DNA of 35,908 bases from a virus (taxonomy: Duplodnaviria > Caudoviricetes). The stretch spans positions 1-35,908 of IMG/VR virus record IMGVR_UViG_3300032296_001124, one strand, 5' to 3'. Both the position numbers and the translations under genes were made by a program. A model generated the notes under the pieces. The model saw nothing but the letters and a program-made list of their open reading frames with translations. It did no database searches and was not told the DNA's origin. Positions 30,724-35,908 of this stretch are shown piece by piece (the stretch's first letter is position 1; every line of letters starts with the position of its first letter).

Positions 30724-31025
30724 CCTCCCCAGAAGTTCGCAACAGCATCATTGACCAAGCGCAGCAACAGCGCATGGTTCGTGATACTGTGATCATGCAA
30801 AAAGTCAATGCGGCACACAGAGAAGCGTTTAAGACACGCTTTCCTGGTCAAGTAGAACATTGTTTGAGACTAACTGCGGAACGCTTGCAGGCCATGTTAA
30901 CCAACAAGCCTGACAACCTAGCAGATCCAGCTACATGGACTGCTACAGCAGCAGAGATAGCACAACTCTGCGAAGCAATATATTATCTCAATCAAGTTCG
31001 CCAAGCCTGCCCTGTTGAGGAGTAA
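30720..31025 (+). CDS. Hypothetical helical protein (101 aa)
   Basis: ATGA overlap; directly upstream of terL. Confidence 0.75.
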   Translation: MTSPEVRNSIIDQAQQQRMVRDTVIMQKVNAAHREAFKTRFPGQVEHCLRLTAERLQAMLTNKPDNLADPATWTATAAEIAQLCEAIYYLNQVRQACPVEE

Positions 31026-31027
31026 TC

Positions 31028-32641
31028 ATGAACACGGCAGACATGCTGATGAATCGTGCTCTACGCTATGCTTTGGACGAGCATAGCTTAACCATTGATG
31101 CACTCAAAACCATTCCTGGCAAGTTAAAAAACATGCTGGAGGATTTGGCCATTGCTGTAGCCGATGACATGCGATACAACAGCTTAAAATATTTTAGGCC
31201 GTTTGAACATCAGCGAGCATTCTTTAGAACCGGCGCAGCAGATCGCCGTGGTATACTGGCAGCTAACCGAGTTGGTAAAACAACCAGCACATGCTACGAA
31301 ACAGCCATGCACCTAACCGGCATATATCCAGACTGGTGGGATGGCTATCGTTTTGATGCTCCTATCACTTGTATGGTAGCAGGCGAAGGTTGGAGTCAGG
31401 TAGCATTGGTATTGCAACAAGAACTATTAGGCACACAAGATGTTAAAATTACAGAAAGTTTGGGAACTGGCGCAATTCCTCGTGATTGTATTGTTACTGA
31501 TACTATGCGTAATGATGGAGCTAACTGTATCGGCGTTGAAATTCGTCATAAGTCAGGCGCTAACAGTTATCTCCTATTTGCCAATTACACGCAAGAGGTT
31601 AGACAACTCCAAGGTTTCAAACTTAATTTGGCTGTATTTGACGAGCAGCCACCGGATGACTTTTTCAGTGAAGTCGTTACTAGAACGGCTACAACACAGG
31701 GCAAAGTGCTTTGTTCGTTTACGCCGCTCAAAGGCCTCAACGGACTTGTCAGCAAGTTCTGGAACAGAGAGTCAGGCTACGAATACATCCGTGTAAGTTG
31801 GGATGATGTTCCTGAATATGATCCATGGGGTCAACCATTCCTGCTAATGGAAACACGCCGACAGTTAGAGCGTGATTACTTGCCACATGAACGCGAAGCT
31901 CGTATTGCAGGTAAGCCTGTTATGGGTAAAGGTGCTGTGTTCCAATTGGGCAACTGGCCCACATACAAAGCAGGCGAATTTAACTTTGCTACTATGCCCA
32001 ATATACACAGAGCTATTGCACTGGACTTGGGTTTGGTCAATGACAAAACAGTTATATCATTAATGTATTGGGATCCATATGAGAAAACAGCGTTTCTACA
32101 TAAGCAAATCGTTGTCCAAGGAGTGGAAGAAGCAGTCCCTATGCAGTATGTTAACCACTTACTTAGACCTGAAGTTTTTGGCTGTCCTATTGTTCTTCCT
32201 AGTGACGCTTCTACTCCCGGGCGCTATACTATGAGCAGTAACAGCGTTCGTGAACTATTTGAAAGTTATGAATTAAATGTAATACCTGAGCCCATTATGA
32301 ATCCACCGGATCCACAAGGGCGCAGAACAAACCACAAAGCATATGGTATCAATATGATGCGGCAAATGCTGGAGGTTGGCAGTTTAATGGTTAATGAAAA
32401 TTGCACACATTTCTTAAACGAAGCACAAAACTACTTCGTAGATGAAAAGGGCAGATTCAGCGATCCGGATGACTGTATTGATAGTGCAAGATACGCACTA
32501 CTGGCATGCTTGCAAGGCATTGCTGAACCATGGGACAACAGAACACCCGCAGAGCGGATGCGAGCCCAACGAGATAGATATGTAATGAGAGATTATAGCA
32601 ATAAAGCTGCTATAAAGAAAATATATGACCCAAACAACTGA
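31028..32641 (+). CDS. terL: Terminase large subunit
   Basis: Walker A AANRVGKT, Walker B LAVFDE, motif III FTP, nuclease IALDLG and DD.IDS.RYA. Confidence 0.96.
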   Translation: MNTADMLMNRALRYALDEHSLTIDALKTIPGKLKNMLEDLAIAVADDMRYNSLKYFRPFEHQRAFFRTGAADRRGILAANRVGKTTSTCYETAMHLTGIYPDWWDGYRFDAPITCMVAGEGWSQVALVLQQELLGTQDVKITESLGTGAIPRDCIVTDTMRNDGANCIGVEIRHKSGANSYLLFANYTQEVRQLQGFKLNLAVFDEQPPDDFFSEVVTRTATTQGKVLCSFTPLKGLNGLVSKFWNRESGYEYIRVSWDDVPEYDPWGQPFLLMETRRQLERDYLPHEREARIAGKPVMGKGAVFQLGNWPTYKAGEFNFATMPNIHRAIALDLGLVNDKTVISLMYWDPYEKTAFLHKQIVVQGVEEAVPMQYVNHLLRPEVFGCPIVLPSDASTPGRYTMSSNSVRELFESYELNVIPEPIMNPPDPQGRRTNHKAYGINMMRQMLEVGSLMVNENCTHFLNEAQNYFVDEKGRFSDPDDCIDSARYALLACLQGIAEPWDNRTPAERMRAQRDRYVMRDYSNKAAIKKIYDPNN

Positions 32642-32852
32642 CGAAAAAGCACCGCTGTTTCTATGCAGCGTAAATAAAGAAGGCATCCTATTATGTGAAA
32701 AACACGCTAAGGTATTTGAACTGGCAATGATGACAGCTAAAGTGCCGCATACTATCTATGAACTAGATGAAGAAGACACTAACACAATAGAATGTCAAGC
32801 CTGTGATTTAACAGACACACTGGAAAGACCACGCTTTATATTACCTAACTAA
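32625..32852 (+). CDS. Small Cys/His protein (C..H, CQAC; possibly Zn-binding)
   Basis: ORF overlapping the end of terL. Confidence 0.65.
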   Translation: MTQTTDEKAPLFLCSVNKEGILLCEKHAKVFELAMMTAKVPHTIYELDEEDTNTIECQACDLTDTLERPRFILPN

Positions 32853-32863
32853 AGGAGATTACT

Positions 32864-33001
32864 ATGGGAAAAGGATCAACCCCAAGGCCTTTTGATGTGC
32901 CTATGCAAAAGTTTGCAGAAAACTGGGACAAAATATTCGGTGCCAAAAAAGAAAAAGAAAAGCCCGATCAGCGTGACCACCCCGACAAGGGCAAGAAGTA
33001 A
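32864..33001 (+). CDS. Small phage protein (45 aa, MGKGSTPRP...FAENWDKIFG), absent from the ORF track
   Basis: AAGGAG SD; GKGS.PRP...NWD.IF pattern familiar from aquatic phages. Confidence 0.8.
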   Translation: MGKGSTPRPFDVPMQKFAENWDKIFGAKKEKEKPDQRDHPDKGKK

Positions 33002-33028
33002 GAGCTAGCCAACAGATAAAAAAGACGC

Positions 33029-33034
33029 TAAATA
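33029..33034 (+). promoter_or_regulatory. TAAATA promoter of the portal gene
   Basis: TAAAAAAGAC-GC-TAAATACT, near-identical context to the promoter at 15228-15247. Confidence 0.65.
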
Positions 33035-33058
33035 CTATATTAGAGGGCTGAATGAACC

Positions 33059-35350
33059 ATGTTAGATATTAAACATATACCGATTCAAGACATTAACACA
33101 AACAAGCAGATTAATGCTCGTTTTGTTAGACTGAAGAATCAAATGGATGTTAAGATGGCATCCTACTTACGCTACCTAGGCACCAAAAATGCTGTTAACA
33201 GAGCCAGTGATTATCACTATTTGTGCCTTGCTGTTACTGACTCTACTGCTCCAGTAAACGGCATTGATTACATTCACCCTAGTGTAAAACCCGTAGTAGA
33301 TTATGCCACCGCAGTTATTGCCAAAGGCCTTATGCCCAATGGCGAAGTAAACTTTGAATTTGTGCCCGATAACGAAGCAGATGAAGACGCAGCCCGTCAA
33401 GCCTCTAACATGGTTCATAAAGTTATCAACCAAATGAATGATCCGCACTTTATTCTAGAGCGTTGGATTATGGATGCAGCCATGCACAAGAATGGTATGA
33501 TGATGATTAAACCTGTGCGTGAGTTAATTACACGCTATGTAGAAATACAGGGCACACAGGATCAACTACGAGCCTTTGAACAACAAGCAGCAGACAGTGG
33601 ACTAACAGCCACACGCCAAAGCCGCAGACAAGTAACTGTTGACATGCAAAGCGTATTGGCAGAAGTGCAGCAGTTAATGGGCGAACAAAACATGGCGTTT
33701 GCTCGTGAACAACTAGATGGTAGAATTGCACAACTACAAGAACTGCCAGAAGACCTAGATCTAGCAGCGCAAGAAACAGAAGCACAAACAACACTAGATG
33801 GACAGATTGCAGACAAGCAGGCTGTGTTAGATGACGCTATCGCTCGCAACACAATCTACAAAGCCAAATATAAATTAACTGGCTACAGTATCAACATTAA
33901 GTTTCATCCTATTGCACAGCATTATTGGATCTGTGATCCTACTGTGCCAGAAATGAAGGATCAACCATTCTGTGGTTATTACGATCCAATGACAATTCAA
34001 GAAGCAGTAGAACTATATCCTGGTATCAGCGACCACTTAGAAGAATTTGAGCAGTATGCTGAATACAATATGAACGGCGCTTACCAAGCAGGTAGCGTAT
34101 TGAATAACTTAGCCATACATGCTCGTGACAGCGTGCCTGTTATGGGTATTCCTGTCAGTAGCGCAGCATCAGCTGATCCTGACAGCAGACAAGTAAGTAT
34201 CGTTACAGTATGGAACCGTTATGACATTGACGGTGACGGTGAATTAGAACTCGTTGAAATCATTTACAGTGGCAGTTATATTATCAGTGCCCGTGAAGTG
34301 GAGTTTATCCCTGTAGCTAACATGTGTCCAAAACCATTACCAGGTAACTTCTATGGCATGAGTATCGCTGAATCGGTGATACCGATGCAGGAATACGCTA
34401 CCAGTGCGGCTCGTGCTGAAATTCAATTAGGTCTGTTAACTGCCACTCCCCGTATTGGTGTTAAGCCTGATCGCCTAGACTTTGAAATGTTGCAGGATGG
34501 CGAAGCTGCTATCTTTATTTTAGATAGTAAATTTGATCCCAGCAAAGACATTTACCAAATTCCTCCTCCCAGTGGCAACCTAGCGTTCCTAGAGCAGGGC
34601 ATGAACCGTATTCAACAAGATACAATGAGCATGATTGGTATGACTACACCACAGGATGTATTCAACCCAGAAGTTATGGCTGCTGGTAACAGTGGTATCA
34701 AACTACAATTAGCACTGACACCAAACCAAATTATTCAAGACAATACTGTGCGTAATGCCGCAGAAGGCCTAAAGCAAGCACTATGGCTAACATGGCGCAC
34801 ACTGATTCAGTATGGCGATGATTATGGCGTTAAAAAACTAGCGCAGGAAAGTCATCCTAGCAAAACAGCAGAGTTCTTAGACTTCCTATCTTGGGACGAC
34901 ATGAACTTCTGTGATCGCAAGCAGATTCAAATTGAACTAGCAATTGGTATGAAGAGCGAAGAAAACAGTCTTGCTCGTTTACAGATCATTCAAAAGTGCC
35001 AAACAGATTTATATCAAACTGTGCAGGCCATGGCTGCTAGTGGCGCACTGACACCTGAAGTATACAAGAAAGTTAAGAAGCCATTTGCCGATACATTGTA
35101 TGTGCTAGGTGTCAAAGACTGTGACACATACTTGCCCAGCGATGATGAAGTCATGCAAATGATTCAAGCTTCACAGGCAGCACAACAGAACAAACAGCCA
35201 AGTCCAAGTGATCAAAAGGATCTCAGCGCAGCCGCGTTGAACCAAGTCAAAGCACAACAAATTGCTGCTGAGATTGAAGGCATTGATCCAGAGACACAAT
35301 TAAACTACATGAGTCTCGCAATGGGTAAAGCACAAGATTACGGCCATTGA
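33059..35350 (+). CDS. Portal protein (P22/SU10-like)
   Basis: 763 aa after terL; F.P....D...A..A....., DA...KNG and D.DGDG.LE...P.P..FYG.S motifs. Confidence 0.9.
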   Translation: MLDIKHIPIQDINTNKQINARFVRLKNQMDVKMASYLRYLGTKNAVNRASDYHYLCLAVTDSTAPVNGIDYIHPSVKPVVDYATAVIAKGLMPNGEVNFEFVPDNEADEDAARQASNMVHKVINQMNDPHFILERWIMDAAMHKNGMMMIKPVRELITRYVEIQGTQDQLRAFEQQAADSGLTATRQSRRQVTVDMQSVLAEVQQLMGEQNMAFAREQLDGRIAQLQELPEDLDLAAQETEAQTTLDGQIADKQAVLDDAIARNTIYKAKYKLTGYSINIKFHPIAQHYWICDPTVPEMKDQPFCGYYDPMTIQEAVELYPGISDHLEEFEQYAEYNMNGAYQAGSVLNNLAIHARDSVPVMGIPVSSAASADPDSRQVSIVTVWNRYDIDGDGELELVEIIYSGSYIISAREVEFIPVANMCPKPLPGNFYGMSIAESVIPMQEYATSAARAEIQLGLLTATPRIGVKPDRLDFEMLQDGEAAIFILDSKFDPSKDIYQIPPPSGNLAFLEQGMNRIQQDTMSMIGMTTPQDVFNPEVMAAGNSGIKLQLALTPNQIIQDNTVRNAAEGLKQALWLTWRTLIQYGDDYGVKKLAQESHPSKTAEFLDFLSWDDMNFCDRKQIQIELAIGMKSEENSLARLQIIQKCQTDLYQTVQAMAASGALTPEVYKKVKKPFADTLYVLGVKDCDTYLPSDDEVMQMIQASQAAQQNKQPSPSDQKDLSAAALNQVKAQQIAAEIEGIDPETQLNYMSLAMGKAQDYGH

Positions 35351-35360
35351 TTTTTTTAAC

Positions 35361-35366
35361 TAAATA
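35361..35366 (+). promoter_or_regulatory. TAAATA promoter of the head operon (hypothetical, scaffold, capsid)
   Basis: Intergenic; 10 nt before ATG 35377. Confidence 0.62.
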
Positions 35367-35376
35367 GATATAGCAT

Positions 35377-35718
35377 ATGATAAACGAAGATAGCATAGAT
35401 TTTTTTAATAGTCGTCTTACAGCAGATTTAAGTCAATTGAAAAACATGACACCTGCACAACAGGATCGTGTAAGACACTATGGTAGCCAGGCAGAAGCAT
35501 TGTTAAAGAATAGAGACTTTGCTATGTTTGTGCATCATTACAAGTTTCAGTTAGCAGATGAATTAGCGGCCATTCGCGGTCATCTGCCAGACGACAACGC
35601 ACAGCGAGTTGGCTTAGCCAATGAACTTGCTGGCATTGACAATTTTGTTAACAGTCTTAAGAAGGCTGTTTACATTAAAAACCGTATTGGTAACACTAAC
35701 GAAGTGCCCAATACTTAA
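35377..35718 (+). CDS. Hypothetical protein between portal and scaffold
   Basis: G..A..LL....F pattern typical of the post-portal gene. Confidence 0.75.
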   Translation: MINEDSIDFFNSRLTADLSQLKNMTPAQQDRVRHYGSQAEALLKNRDFAMFVHHYKFQLADELAAIRGHLPDDNAQRVGLANELAGIDNFVNSLKKAVYIKNRIGNTNEVPNT

Positions 35719-35728
35719 AGGAAAATAA

Positions 35729-35908
35729 ATGGAAACAACGACAGTCAGTCCTAACAGCACACCCGCTGCGGCCACTGAACAAAGCGCAGTCCCAAGTTTG
35801 GATAGTATCGCCGCTAAAATGACCGCAATGCGTGATCAAACCATGCGTAATCAACTTAGACAAGGTGCCGAACAAACTGCAACAGGTCCGGATGATTCGG
35901 CAGATGAC
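35729..35908 (+). CDS. N-terminus of the scaffolding protein (continues at position 1)
   Basis: AAGGA SD; ATG 35729 is in frame with ORF 13..1113. Confidence 0.8.
   Translation, partial: METTTVSPNSTPAAATEQSAVPSLDSIAAKMTAMRDQTMRNQLRQGAEQTATGPDDSADD
35786..35908. repeat. Terminal direct repeat, right copy
   Basis: Identical to 1-123. Confidence 0.97.

Noticed and set aside
35786-35908. 123-bp repeat as a biological direct terminal repeat
   Set aside because: It cuts through the scaffold gene, so it is most likely an assembler overlap indicating a circular or permuted genome

Overview
This window is an apparently complete, circularly permuted 35,785-bp genome of a short-tailed (podovirus-like) bacteriophage; bases 35786-35908 repeat bases 1-123. 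It has a full virion module: TerL, a TerS candidate, portal, scaffold, SU10/DUF5309-like capsid, adaptor, nozzle, two fibres and ejection proteins, one with a lytic transglycosylase domain. It also encodes a Dps/ferritin-like protein, a GNAT acetyltransferase, an HNH nuclease and a short cluster of small genes behind sigma70-type promoters. I could not recognise a DNA polymerase, primase, helicase, SSB, integrase, RNA polymerase, sigma factor or soluble endolysin. Nearly every other transcription unit is preceded by (TA)TAAATA, the T4 gp55-type late promoter core, including the only minus-strand gene. Two TAAATA-driven, terminator-bounded non-coding RNAs each carry an antisense ribosome-binding site plus start codon (CAT-N7-TCCT). 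A ~390-nt, densely structured non-coding element lies at 13600-13990. Best hypothesis (inference): a virion-encoding satellite phage that uses the late transcription and replication machinery of a large T4-like helper myovirus and regulates helper or own genes with anti-RBS small RNAs. Protein family calls come from motif recognition and gene order, not database searches.
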